From Candidatus Moraniibacteriota bacterium (lineage in GTDB: Bacteria; Patescibacteriota; Minisyncoccia; Moranbacterales; UBA1568): a stretch of DNA of 64,000 nucleotides. The DNA lies in NCBI GenBank assembly GCA_017983435.1, contig JAGOBM010000001.1:47916-111915 (forward strand), in the 5' to 3' direction. How positions within the stretch are numbered: the first letter of the stretch is position 1; each line of letters begins with the position of its first letter. Positions 1-9,823 of this stretch are shown piece after piece. The translations under genes and the position numbers were made by a program. The notes below the pieces were generated by a model. It had not been told where the DNA came from. It did no database searches and saw only the letters and a list, made by a program, of their open reading frames with translations.

Positions 1-188
1 TTCCACCGCCATCTTTCTTCTCACCGGGCACCCTCTTGGCATAAGCGCCGGTACAAAAGATCCGTGACGCGAGTCTTCCGTAGCGGACAGGAGATTTTGT
101 CGGCGTGATGCTTGAGAGCGGTCGGAAGAAGAAACTGGCGGAGAAAATTTCAAAACGATCTCTCTGCTTCATAAAAGGTTGGGAATAA

Positions 189-216
189 GAAAACCGAGGC
201 ATATCCTCGGTCTTTT
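189..216. terminator. GC hairpin CCGAGGcatatCCTCGG with T/A runs on both sides; probably a bidirectional intrinsic terminator downstream of rel.
   Basis: Inverted repeat with flanking A-run and T-run seen in the sequence. Confidence 0.45.
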
Positions 217-309
217 CATATCTTGGATTTGATATTCCAAATTCTAAAATCTTAAACCCACATTCCACATTCCATATTCCATATTCTCTATTCTACATTC
301 TTCTTCGGC

Positions 310-1815
310 CTACTCCTTCATCTTGAATTCCTCATGCCGGAGTTCGCGGCGGATATGCGATTTCGCGTTGGACGTCTTTACAAAATTGAGCCAGTCACGT
401 GATGGGCGCTTCTTCTCCCGGACAGTGAGGATCTCGACGACTTGGCCGTTCTCGATGTGCGAGTCGAGCGGGACCATCTTGCCGCCGACTTTGGCGCCGG
501 TAGCCCGGTTGCCGACTTCGCTGTGGATGGCATAGGCAAAATCGATCGGAGTGGCATCCTCGGGCAGCTCGATGATGTCGCCTTTCGGCGTGAAGGCGAA
601 GATGTGGTTCTTGAAGAATTCGATCTTGAGTCCCTGCATGAATTCCTCGTCGTTGCGGCCGATCTCGCGCTGCCATTCTTTGAGCTGATTGACCCAGGCG
701 AGTTCCTTGGGAGGGGCCTGGTGAGTCTCCGGCCGGCGTCGGAAAAAGAGATTGCGCCAGCCCCGGCGCTCCTTCTCGGTATAGATCCAGTGGGCCGCGA
801 TGCCATATTCGGATTCGTCGTGCATCTTCTGGGTGCGGATCTGGACTTCGAGGATGCGGCCTTCAGGACCGAAGACGGTCGTATGAAGCGATTGATACCC
901 GTTCGGTTTCGGCAGGGAGATATAGTCCTTGATGCGGCCGACCATGGGACGGTAGAGTTTGTGGATGATGCCGAGCGATTCGTAGCAGTCGGCGATCTCA
1001 GGGACGACGATGCGGATCGCGACCAGGTCATACACCCGGGTGATATCCATATCGTGCTTCTCGAGCTTCTGGAAGAGTCGGTAGAGATGCTTGGTGCGGC
1101 CGTGGATATCGAGGATATGGATCTTCTCCTTCTCGAGCTCCTCCCGGAAGAGACTGACAGTCCGGGTCATGTATTCGTTGCCTTCGCGGAGGTAGGTGTC
1201 CTGCAGCTTCTTCGTGAGCGCGTAGTTCGTCGGGTCGAGGTATTTGAAACAGAGATCCTCGAGCTCGCCCTTGAGCTCGCCGATGCCGAGGCGGTTTGCG
1301 ATCTGCGAGTAGACTTCCAGAGTCTCGCGGGCGATGCGCTCCTGCTTCTCGCGGGGGACGTGCTCGAGCGTGCGCATGTTGTGCAGGCGGTCGGCTAGCT
1401 TGATGATGACGACCCGGATGTCGCGTGCCATGGCGAGAAACATCTTGCGGAGATTCTCGAGATAGAACTCTTCTTTTGTTCCGCGGAGTTTGATCTTGCC
1501 GAGCTTGGTGATACCGTCGACGAGGTAGGCGATTTCGGCACCGAATTTCTTCTCGATCTCGGCGAGCGTGACCTCAGTGTCCTCGGGAACGTCGTGGAGG
1601 AATCCGGCGGCAATTGTCGTGGCGTCCATACCGATCTCACGCAGGGTGAGGCCGACCGCGAGGCAGTGGATGATATAGGGTTCTCCGGAGCGGCGCTTCT
1701 GATGAGCATGCGCCTTTTCGGCGAAAGCATAGGCTTCCTGCAAGAGCTTCTGGTCGTCGCTTGAGAACGGGGAATTGCCGGCTTCAATGATGTCTTTGAG
1801 TGTGGTCGGGTTCAT
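310..1815 (-). CDS. rel: Bifunctional (p)ppGpp synthetase/hydrolase of the RelA/SpoT family, about 502 aa: HD hydrolase domain, synthetase domain and TGS domain. The six-frame ORF runs to 2025, but the ATG at 1815..1813 (MNPTTLKD) fits the conserved N-terminus.
   Basis: Motifs HDVPEDT (HD domain), RelA_SpoT-like core and a TGS segment (TPKGDIIELPEDATPIDFAYAIHSEVG) read directly from the translation. Confidence 0.85.
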   Translation of the reverse strand: MNPTTLKDIIEAGNSPFSSDDQKLLQEAYAFAEKAHAHQKRRSGEPYIIHCLAVGLTLREIGMDATTIAAGFLHDVPEDTEVTLAEIEKKFGAEIAYLVDGITKLGKIKLRGTKEEFYLENLRKMFLAMARDIRVVIIKLADRLHNMRTLEHVPREKQERIARETLEVYSQIANRLGIGELKGELEDLCFKYLDPTNYALTKKLQDTYLREGNEYMTRTVSLFREELEKEKIHILDIHGRTKHLYRLFQKLEKHDMDITRVYDLVAIRIVVPEIADCYESLGIIHKLYRPMVGRIKDYISLPKPNGYQSLHTTVFGPEGRILEVQIRTQKMHDESEYGIAAHWIYTEKERRGWRNLFFRRRPETHQAPPKELAWVNQLKEWQREIGRNDEEFMQGLKIEFFKNHIFAFTPKGDIIELPEDATPIDFAYAIHSEVGNRATGAKVGGKMVPLDSHIENGQVVEILTVREKKRPSRDWLNFVKTSNAKSHIRRELRHEEFKMKE

Positions 1816-1852
1816 ATGGGTAGAGGAGTGTGAGTTTGCTCCAGTATAGCAG

Positions 1853-1881
1853 ATTTGACAAATGCAACTAAGTTGCATAAT
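1853..1881 (+). promoter_or_regulatory. Sigma70-like promoter (TTGACA, 17-nt spacer, CATAAT) with a perfect 17-bp palindrome ATGCAACTAAGTTGCAT at 1862..1878, a candidate Zur/Fur operator. The ATG at 1890 is about 8 nt from the -10, so the mRNA may be leaderless.
   Basis: Hexamers and palindrome seen directly; lies between divergent rel and zur and immediately upstream of the Fur-family gene. Confidence 0.5.
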
Positions 1882-1889
1882 ATCAAAAC

Positions 1890-2315
1890 ATGCTGATCGA
1901 TATGGAAAAAAGCAGGGAGTTCCTCCGGACACGCGGTCTGCGGGAGACGCGCGCCCGGGTAGCGATACTCGGGGTTTTCCTCTCGGCTCCATCGCCGGTA
2001 TCGGTACCGGATGTGTTTTTGGCACTCGCGGATATCGGTCAGGTTTTCAACAAGACGACGCTCTATCGGGAGCTTGAGTTTCTGGCGGCCGAGGGTATCG
2101 TGTCGGGAGCGCTCTCGCTCGGGTCTTGCCAGTACTATGAGCTCGCGCGCGAGCATCATCATCATTTGGTCTGTACCAGTTGCGGCACTATACAGGATAT
2201 CGAAGCGCGGGAAGATCTCTGTCGGTTCGAGCATGAGCTCTGGCATGAGAAGGGGTTCCGTGTGGCCAGGCACTCGATGGAATTCTTCGGGATCTGCCAG
2301 AAGTGTTTGATTTAA
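1890..2315 (+). CDS. zur: Fur-family metalloregulator, probably Zur given the znuABC genes downstream.
   Basis: 141 aa with the Fur fold signature HHHHLVCxxCG...C..C; an ABC metal-uptake operon lies downstream. Confidence 0.75.
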   Translation: MLIDMEKSREFLRTRGLRETRARVAILGVFLSAPSPVSVPDVFLALADIGQVFNKTTLYRELEFLAAEGIVSGALSLGSCQYYELAREHHHHLVCTSCGTIQDIEAREDLCRFEHELWHEKGFRVARHSMEFFGICQKCLI

Positions 2316-2339
2316 TAATTTCGTTGAAGAAGAATCGGT

Positions 2340-3308
2340 ATGAAGAAAGGATATGTGATATTCGGAGTAGTCTCTCTCTTGCTGCTCAGCGGGGCGTACT
2401 GGCTCATGCGCGATGGAATCCCGGCAGATCAGCAGACTCCGCAGGACGACCGCTTGCGGATCGTCGTCTCGTTTTTTCCGTATGGCGAATTCGCACGGGC
2501 GGTCGTCGGGGATCGGGCGACGGTATCTGAGCTGGTGCCATCCGGAGTCGAACCGCATGATTTCGAACCGACCCCTCGCGATATCGAGCAGATGTATCGA
2601 GCGGATATCGTGATTATCAATGGCGCCGGTATTGATGCCTGGGCGGAGAAGGTTGCTCGCGAACTGCCGGAGCGCGGCGTGCGGGTGATCCGTATGGCGG
2701 ATGGTATCGAACTCTTGTCGGCGAGCGAAGAAGAACATGAGGAAGAAAATCAGGAAATATCTCACGAAGAGTCCGGGAATCATTCCGCGGACCCGCATTT
2801 TTGGCTGGATCCTATCCTGGCGGAGAGCCAGGTGAGGACTATCGCTCAGGTGATCGGCGAGCAAGACGAGCAGCATCGCGATTTCTACCAGGCGCGCGCG
2901 GAGGTATTTGCCCTGGAACTCGGTCGGTTGGATCAGGAGTATCAGACGGGTCTTCGTCAGTGCCGCTTGCGGACAATAGTTACTTCGCATGATGCTTTTG
3001 CTTATCTTGCGAAGCGGTATCTCCTTGAGACCGTATCGATCGCTGGCCTCTCTCCGGATGCCGAGCCTTCTTCGCAGCGGCTGGCTGAGATAGCCCGGGA
3101 GACGAGTCGGCTCGGAGTGAAGTTTATTTTTTTCGAGACGCTCTCGAGTCCGAAGCTGGCACAGACACTGGCCAGCGAGCTCGGTATTGGTACGCTCGTC
3201 TTCGATCCGATCGAAGGTTCTCCAGTTGTCGATGGTGCTCGCGCGACGTATACTGAGCTCATGCGCTCGAATCTCCGTAACCTAGAAGTCGCGCTTGAAT
3301 GTCTATGA
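2340..3308 (+). CDS. znuA: Metal ABC transporter substrate-binding protein of the ZnuA/TroA family, with signal/TM N-terminus and a His/Glu-rich loop.
   Basis: Cluster-9 SBP features and the acidic His-rich loop EEEHEEENQEISHEESGNHSADPHFWLDP. Confidence 0.8.
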   Translation: MKKGYVIFGVVSLLLLSGAYWLMRDGIPADQQTPQDDRLRIVVSFFPYGEFARAVVGDRATVSELVPSGVEPHDFEPTPRDIEQMYRADIVIINGAGIDAWAEKVARELPERGVRVIRMADGIELLSASEEEHEEENQEISHEESGNHSADPHFWLDPILAESQVRTIAQVIGEQDEQHRDFYQARAEVFALELGRLDQEYQTGLRQCRLRTIVTSHDAFAYLAKRYLLETVSIAGLSPDAEPSSQRLAEIARETSRLGVKFIFFETLSSPKLAQTLASELGIGTLVFDPIEGSPVVDGARATYTELMRSNLRNLEVALECL

Positions 3309-4054
3309 ATGACGAACCGATCATCGTAGCCGACGGAATGAGTTTCCGGTATGGCCCAGAAGATATCTTGACTGATATCTCGTTTGAGATACCGGCTGGC
3401 GGATATGTCGGCATCCTCGGGGCGAACGGGAGCGGGAAGACGACTTTGATCAAGCTGATCGTAGGGCTCCTGACTCCGGCTGCCGGAACGCTCCGGCTGT
3501 TCGGGAGCGATCCTCGGCTGTTCCGCGGCTGGGAGCAGGTAGGGTATGTCCCGCAGCATGTTTTCAAAAATGATCAGAATTTCCCGGCGACGGTCGAAGA
3601 GATAGTGGCGAGCGGTCTCGGTAGTGATGAACGGCGTCTCTCGAAGATCGAACGCAAGGCCTGTATCGAGCGCGCTCTCGCAGCGGCCCGTGTCGAACAT
3701 GTGGCCAAACGGCGTATCGGCGAGCTCTCCGGTGGTGAGCGGCAACGGGCATTCATCGCCCGGGCGCTCGCGACGCAGCCTCGATTGCTCATCCTCGATG
3801 AGCCAACGACCGGTATCGATCGGACTTCCGAACGGGAATTCTATGCGCTCCTCAAAGAGCTCAATGATAAGGGTATGACGATACTCCTGATCTCACATGA
3901 CCTGGATGCTGTCTCGCGGGAGGTCAAGCAGGTACTCTGTCTCAATCGCCGACTCGTTTATTTCGGTACTCCGGCAGCACTCCGATCCTCAGAGACTCTT
4001 CAAGAAATGTACGGAGATGGGAAGCAGGCGCTCTTTCACTCGCATGAACACTGA
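3299..4054 (+). CDS. znuC: Metal ABC transporter ATP-binding protein.
   Basis: Walker A GANGSGKTT, ABC signature LSGGERQR, Walker B LILDEPT. Confidence 0.85.
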   Translation: MSMNDEPIIVADGMSFRYGPEDILTDISFEIPAGGYVGILGANGSGKTTLIKLIVGLLTPAAGTLRLFGSDPRLFRGWEQVGYVPQHVFKNDQNFPATVEEIVASGLGSDERRLSKIERKACIERALAAARVEHVAKRRIGELSGGERQRAFIARALATQPRLLILDEPTTGIDRTSEREFYALLKELNDKGMTILLISHDLDAVSREVKQVLCLNRRLVYFGTPAALRSSETLQEMYGDGKQALFHSHEH

Positions 4055-4874
4055 TATGGACCTCTCGGCTTTCCTTCAATTCGATTTTCTACAGCGGGCG
4101 CTCGAAGCCGGCATCCTCGTCGGTATCGCTGCTCCGCTGCTCGGCATGTTTCTTGTTGTGCGCCGCTATTCGCTGCTTTCCGATGCATTGTCGCACGTGT
4201 CGCTCCTCGGCGTGGCGCTAGCGCTCATACTCAAGATCCCGATTTTTTTCGGTGCGCTTTTCCTTTCGGTCGCATCAGCGCTCGGCATGGAACGGCTGCG
4301 AGCGAGCGGCCGGATGCCTGGTGAGTCGGTAGTGGCGCTCTTCCTTTCGGGCAGTCTAGCGCTGGCAGTCGTGCTCCTATCCTCGCTCCGCGGGCTCAAT
4401 GCGAATATCATGAGCTATCTCTTCGGGAGTCTTTCGACCGTGACCGCGTTCGATCTCCTGATGCTCTGCGTAATCGTCGCGCTCGTTATCGTGTTCGTCT
4501 CCTGGAAGTATCATTCGCTCTTCCTCTCCTCGCTCGATGAGGAGCTCGCCCGGGTGTCTGGGGTCCGGGTTTCGCTCCTCAATGTCTGCTTTGTCTCTTT
4601 GGCAGCCGGCGTCGTCGCGGCTTCCATTCAGATCGTCGGCGCTCTCCTGATCGGCGCGCTCATGGTAATACCGGTGCTGGCAGCGCTCGAGCTCCGGCGC
4701 GGATTCTTCGCTACCCTGATGGCTGCCGAAGTTATCTCGGTCGTAGCGGTCATCATCGGGTTCTTCCTGTCGTACCATTTCAACCTGGCCAGCGGCGGCG
4801 CTATCGTGCTGGTCGCTATGGGCGGATATTTCCTCGCGTTTTTCTATCGGAGGCTGGTGCCGTCAATTATTTGA
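4044..4874 (+). CDS. znuB: Metal ABC transporter permease. The start is taken at the ATG at 4044, which overlaps the znuC stop; the ORF track begins at 3897.
   Basis: Multi-TM protein typical of ZnuB/TroC; in operon position. Confidence 0.8.
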   Translation: MNTDMDLSAFLQFDFLQRALEAGILVGIAAPLLGMFLVVRRYSLLSDALSHVSLLGVALALILKIPIFFGALFLSVASALGMERLRASGRMPGESVVALFLSGSLALAVVLLSSLRGLNANIMSYLFGSLSTVTAFDLLMLCVIVALVIVFVSWKYHSLFLSSLDEELARVSGVRVSLLNVCFVSLAAGVVAASIQIVGALLIGALMVIPVLAALELRRGFFATLMAAEVISVVAVIIGFFLSYHFNLASGGAIVLVAMGGYFLAFFYRRLVPSII

Positions 4875-5638
4875 TTTTTGATATGCCGGAAATCCAGAAT
4901 CAACGATTGAAATTCTTCACATGGAAGCGCATGGTATTGCGCTTCTTCTATCCTCTCTGGATAGTAGCGTCGAGCAAAAAAAAGATGGACGCGCTCAATG
5001 AGCGCAATATCCTGGACGCGTGCGCTGCTAGTGGCCGCATAACGATTTTTCTACATGGTATCGCTTCGACATACTACTTCGCTCCTTATTGGATCGTGAA
5101 GTGGTTTACCCGGAACGGTATCCATATGGTCTCGCTCGGGTATGATTACAATGCCGATCTCGCGACAGCGGCGAAGGATATCAAGATGCAGATAGATGCG
5201 ATCAGAGAGCGCTCTGGTGTCACGGAAATCAATATCGTCGGAGTCAGTCTCGGTGGTGTCGTAGGACGCTACTATGTCGAGGCTCTGGGCGGAAAGGATA
5301 TTACGCACAAACTGATCACGATTTTTTCGCCGATTATCCCGCCAGAGCCAGGAGAAACAAGTATCGCGCTCAGCATGAGCAAGCTGCTCAGTCACGGAAC
5401 AGCCGAACGATCAGCTAGCCAGAATCGGGTGATCAAGGATACGTTTGCAGTCAGGAATTACCTAGCGATCTATGGGACATCGGACTGGATCGTCGGCAAG
5501 CGGATGTATCCGCTGAAGCAGGCGCCTGAAAGCGTGCGCCAAGTTCCGCTCGCCGGAGGGCATATGCTGGTGACATACAATACGGATGCTGCGGAGGTAG
5601 CGCTGGACTATCTCCAGGAGTGTAGTATATCTGGCTGA
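4871..5638 (+). CDS. Alpha/beta-hydrolase, lipase/esterase-like.
   Basis: GXSXG motif GVSLGG and an alpha/beta-hydrolase-like layout. Confidence 0.55.
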   Translation: MIFDMPEIQNQRLKFFTWKRMVLRFFYPLWIVASSKKKMDALNERNILDACAASGRITIFLHGIASTYYFAPYWIVKWFTRNGIHMVSLGYDYNADLATAAKDIKMQIDAIRERSGVTEINIVGVSLGGVVGRYYVEALGGKDITHKLITIFSPIIPPEPGETSIALSMSKLLSHGTAERSASQNRVIKDTFAVRNYLAIYGTSDWIVGKRMYPLKQAPESVRQVPLAGGHMLVTYNTDAAEVALDYLQECSISG

Positions 5639-5667
5639 TCGGTGGAGGTGAAGCTATCCGTTGTGGG

Positions 5668-6335
5668 CTACTGGGCGGCGGGAGAGACAATGAGTGCTCT
5701 CTCGCTGATTTTGTGTGCCGGGACGCCTCCCCAGACTTCATTCGCTGGGATGACGGTGTCTTTGGGTACTACGGCGCCGGCGACGACGATACTGTTTTCT
5801 CCGATTGTCACACCGGGAAGAATGACAGCATTGACGCCGATCGTAACATAATTGCCGATTGTAATCGGCTGAGCTCCGAGGATGCCGGATTCCATGATAT
5901 GCGGTAGATGCAATTATCACCGATAGTGATCATCGAATAGGGATGACTCAGGATAGAACCGCTCGGATAAGTATTTTTTCCGATCTTTATTCCGAGCATG
6001 ATATGGATGAGCCGAGTGCATGGCAGAGGAATAGGGAGGCGGTGGAGAATCGGGTCGAAGAAGAAGATAACGAATAATGTCTGGAGTTGGTAGTGAAATT
6101 CTTCTGGTGATCTGTCAGTGTAGATACCGGGCGTGAGCGGGAAGAATCGGGCATGCAGCCGATGCGTGATGATGGTAAGGAGAGAGAAGATGGAGATCCA
6201 GAGGATACAAAGCGAGAGCGTGCTGCTAGTCCCGGTCCAAAGAAGGATGCCGGTGACGAGTAAGAAGCTCATGCTGCCGATGAGGAGGAGGATTGAGACG
6301 AAAAAAAATATGATGAGAGGAGGCATGGTTTTCAT
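5668..6335 (-). pseudogene. Possibly frameshifted hexapeptide-repeat (LbH) acetyltransferase. The N-terminal membrane-anchored part (5808..6335) is in one frame, and the C-terminal hexapeptide part (5668..5913, TTG start directly after a TAA) is in another.
   Basis: ITIGDNCIY at the end of frame A and HIMESGILGAQPITIGNYVTIGVNAVILPGVTIGENSIVVAGAVV in frame B; together they resemble a single WcaF/Mac-type transferase. Confidence 0.35.
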
Positions 6336-7561
6336 AGGAGATGTTCTATGGTTTTAAGAAATATGGCATCTGGATGATAGGTGAGTATCTCTTGCTTGAG
6401 CGTATCGGCTTTCTCAGTATAGCTGGTTTGACTGAGAATTTCATCTAGAGCTTTGGTGAGCGAGACTCTCGTCGTCTCGGATGGTCGGAGTATGATACCG
6501 GCACCGAGTTTTTCGATACGTTCCATGCTGAAATACTGAGCGATATTATCAGGGATACCGATGAGAGGGATGCCGTGACGGAAAGCCTGATAGGCAACGA
6601 CATTGCCGCCATGGCAGATGACGAGAGCTGATCGCGCTATTATTTGGAGAGCCGGTGCATAGGGTATGAGACAGAAATTTTCCGGTGGTTTTCCGGGAAT
6701 AAGCCGTCCGGCGGTTGATACAATGACTCGGACCGGTCGTCGGCCGAGTATATCAAAGAGAATGGGAAAAATATTCGTATTGCCTGATGACCCGAAGGAT
6801 ATATAAATAAGCGGCTGCGCTGGATCAGTTGTTGCCAGCCAGTCGGGGATTGGGATTGGCGGCTCCCAGAAGAGAGGGCCGATGAAAGCGTGACCGGAAG
6901 GAAGAGTGGTAACCGGTGTGACGGAGGGGATGTCGGGATAAAGGACAGCGGTACCTTGTGTCGAGGCGGCGCGCTGTGATGATGGGGGTGTGAGCCCGTA
7001 GTGTCGGTAGAGTCTGATAATCGGTCGCTGGTAGAGCCAGAGGACCAGGGGGAGGACTAGCGGGAAAATTCGGTCGGCAATACGGCGTCCGATCAAGGAA
7101 GAAAAGGTATTTTCCGGTTGCGGATAAGGGAGTAATGACGCTGGACTCCAGTATCCATCAGTCAGATTGATATGAGGGATGCCCATTCGGCGCGCGGTGA
7201 TATCTATGCTGAGTCGGAAGTCTGAGATAATAATGTCCGGCCGGATTTTTTTGACCAGAGCCTCATCGGCTTCGACGTAGTCGCGGAGTTCGCGGTATTG
7301 ATAGAGGGCGTTGAGGGCGAAGCGGAGACGGCGGGCGAATGTCTGATGAGGAATCGTTAGGAGCGGATGCCATGTAATCCCGGCCTGTTCGACGAGATCA
7401 CGGTAACGGGTTCCGCATGCAAACGCGATACGGAACCGTGGATCACGGAGAAGCGGCGTAGCGAGGGCGATGAGTCGGACGACATGCGAAAGAGTTACTT
7501 CTTCTCCGATGAAGAGAAGTGTCTTCGGTTCGGCTGGAGTATCTGATGAAGAAGCGATCAT
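6332..7561 (-). CDS. GT-B fold glycosyltransferase (UDP-glycosyltransferase/MGT-like). The start is taken at the ATG at 7561; the GTG at 7621 would overlap topA.
   Basis: C-terminal nucleotide-sugar motif HGGNVVAYQAFRHGIPLIGIP. Confidence 0.7.
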   Translation of the reverse strand: MIASSSDTPAEPKTLLFIGEEVTLSHVVRLIALATPLLRDPRFRIAFACGTRYRDLVEQAGITWHPLLTIPHQTFARRLRFALNALYQYRELRDYVEADEALVKKIRPDIIISDFRLSIDITARRMGIPHINLTDGYWSPASLLPYPQPENTFSSLIGRRIADRIFPLVLPLVLWLYQRPIIRLYRHYGLTPPSSQRAASTQGTAVLYPDIPSVTPVTTLPSGHAFIGPLFWEPPIPIPDWLATTDPAQPLIYISFGSSGNTNIFPILFDILGRRPVRVIVSTAGRLIPGKPPENFCLIPYAPALQIIARSALVICHGGNVVAYQAFRHGIPLIGIPDNIAQYFSMERIEKLGAGIILRPSETTRVSLTKALDEILSQTSYTEKADTLKQEILTYHPDAIFLKTIEHLL

Positions 7562-7581
7562 AGGTACAGCTCGATGTTTGG

Positions 7582-9744
7582 TCAGCGCTTTTCGAGTTTG
7601 TGCGGGTTGTGGTTCGGGCACTCTTTCTTGCTGCAGCGATCAGGAATAGTCTTCGTACCTTGCATCATGAGCGCGCCGCACAGCTTGCAGAGAGCGCCAG
7701 TCGGCCGGGCTTTGATGGCGTGCTTGCAGTCTGGATAGTTCGAGCAGGAATAGAAGAGACCGAAGCGTCCGCGCCGCTCGATCATGTCGCCTTTCTGACA
7801 GAGCGGGCACTGGACGCCGCTCGAGACGATGGACTTCTCGTCTGCTTTGATGAATTTGCATTTAGGATAGTTCGAACAGGCGATGAATTTCCCATATTTG
7901 CCTTCGCGCTCGATGAGCTTGCCATCTTTGCAATCAGGGCAGGCCTCGCCGGTCTCTTTGGGCGGTTCGACGACTTTGCCTTCTTCGGTCAGTGCACCGT
8001 CGCATTCGGGAAACTTCGAACAGGAGAAGAATTTTCCACTGCGGGAGAGCTTGATGACCATGCTGGCCCCGCACTTGGGACAGACCGTGCCTTCCGGAGC
8101 GTCACCCATGTTGGTCACCTTGTCGACTTTGTCCTTGCTCTTCACCTCTTTGGAAAATGGCGTGTAGAATTCTTTGAGCGTCTTCTCGTATTCACGGTCG
8201 CCGTTGGCGATATCGTCGAGTTTGTTCTCCATATCAGCAGTGAATTGTTCGGAGACGATCTCGCTGAAGTGCTGGAAGAGGAAATCATCAACCACGATGC
8301 CGGTATCGGTCGCGATGAGCGATTTTCCTTCTTTGTTGACGTAGCCACGGTCTTGGATGGTTTTCACGATGCTGGCATAGGTCGACGGCCGTCCGATGCC
8401 GCGTTTCTCGAGCTCTTTAACGAGGCCGGCTTCGGTATAGCGCTTTGGTGGTTCGGTAGCTTTTTCTTCGGATTCGATGCGCTTGAGATCGAGCGGATCA
8501 TTGGGAGCGACCTGTGGTACCTCGACGTCATCGCTCCGGGCAGCGGTGTCGAGGGCGAGCCAGCCGTCGAACAGGAGCTGTGATCCGTTCAGGGTGAAAT
8601 CAGGCAGGGCTCGGTCAGTCGTATTGGCCGTGATCTTGGTGCGGAGCACTTCGGCATCGGCCATCTGTGAAGCGAGTGTCCGGATGCGGATGAGCGTATA
8701 GAGCCGCTTCTCATCATCGGTGAAGCCGGCGGTCTTCTTGCCCGGGTCGGTCGGTCGGATAGCCTCATGTGCTTCCTGGGCATTCTTCGATTTCGTCTGA
8801 TAGCGCCTGACGGAGACGTAGCGCTCGCCGAATTCTTTCTTTGCGAGACTGGCGAGTTTCGGGATGATCTCTTCCGAGAGAGAGACACTGTCGGTACGCA
8901 TGTAGGTGATAGCGCCTTTCTCATAGAGCTTCTGAGCGGCACGCATGGTACGCGACGGCGACATGCCGAGACGTGAACTCGCAGCTTGTTGGAGGGTCGA
9001 AGTTGTGAACGGGGGATACGGCCGGCGACGCGCATCGGTCGCGGTAACCGCTGTCACTTCCCAATCTTTCTTTTTGGCTGTCTCGAGGATATGCTCGGCA
9101 GCTTCGGCTGTCTTGGGTTGTTCGGTGCAGGTAAGGAGGAGTGTGGATTTTTTTTTGGTCCGGCACTCGGCAGTGATGATAAAATACGCTTCGGGGATGA
9201 AAGATCGAATCTCTTTTTCGCGTTCGACGAGTATATGGAGGGCCGGAGATTGGACACGGCCAGCTGAGAGTCCGTAGCGGACTTTCTTCCAGACGAGACC
9301 GGAGAGGTCATAGCCGACGAGCCGGTCGAGGACGCGGCGGGCTTCCTGGGCTTTGCGGAGATTCTGATCGAGAGGACGCGGATGCATGACGGCTTCGTTG
9401 ACTGATTTCTCAGTAATCTCGTAGAAGAGGACACGCTCGGGCTTCTTGATGTCGCAGACCTGGGCGACGTGCCAGGCGATCGCTTCGCCTTCGCGGTCGG
9501 GGTCGGTAGCGAGGAATACCTGGGTGCTCTTTTTGACGAGTGATCTGAGTTCACTCACGAGGGATTCTTTGCCGGGCGTGACGACGTAGCGGGGGATGAA
9601 TCCTCCGTCGATATCGATAGCATCCTTGTTGGATTTCGGAAGGTCACGGACATGGCCGACAGAAGCGACGACCTTGTATTCGCTCTTCAGATATTTCTCG
9701 ATGGTTTTCGCTTTGGAGGGCGACTCGACGATGAGAAGTTTCAT
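7582..9744 (-). CDS. topA: DNA topoisomerase I with C-terminal zinc-ribbon repeats.
   Basis: Toprim N-terminus MKLLIVESPSKAKTIEKYL, a 720-aa type IA core, and several C4 ribbons (CPKCG..., CPDCKDG..., CPLCQKG...). Confidence 0.9.
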   Translation of the reverse strand: MKLLIVESPSKAKTIEKYLKSEYKVVASVGHVRDLPKSNKDAIDIDGGFIPRYVVTPGKESLVSELRSLVKKSTQVFLATDPDREGEAIAWHVAQVCDIKKPERVLFYEITEKSVNEAVMHPRPLDQNLRKAQEARRVLDRLVGYDLSGLVWKKVRYGLSAGRVQSPALHILVEREKEIRSFIPEAYFIITAECRTKKKSTLLLTCTEQPKTAEAAEHILETAKKKDWEVTAVTATDARRRPYPPFTTSTLQQAASSRLGMSPSRTMRAAQKLYEKGAITYMRTDSVSLSEEIIPKLASLAKKEFGERYVSVRRYQTKSKNAQEAHEAIRPTDPGKKTAGFTDDEKRLYTLIRIRTLASQMADAEVLRTKITANTTDRALPDFTLNGSQLLFDGWLALDTAARSDDVEVPQVAPNDPLDLKRIESEEKATEPPKRYTEAGLVKELEKRGIGRPSTYASIVKTIQDRGYVNKEGKSLIATDTGIVVDDFLFQHFSEIVSEQFTADMENKLDDIANGDREYEKTLKEFYTPFSKEVKSKDKVDKVTNMGDAPEGTVCPKCGASMVIKLSRSGKFFSCSKFPECDGALTEEGKVVEPPKETGEACPDCKDGKLIEREGKYGKFIACSNYPKCKFIKADEKSIVSSGVQCPLCQKGDMIERRGRFGLFYSCSNYPDCKHAIKARPTGALCKLCGALMMQGTKTIPDRCSKKECPNHNPHKLEKR

Positions 9745-9823
9745 ACATCAGTAAACAGTAAGCAATAAACAGAAAACAGAGAAGAAGAATGTGTTAGCTG
9801 TTCATTGTTGTTTGTTGGTTGGC

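Noticed and set aside
378-1398. Multiple alternative-frame ORFs inside rel (378..1031, 442..1398 and others)
   Set aside because: Typical high-GC shadow ORFs, Ser/Arg/Ala-rich, inside a gene with clear domain motifs.
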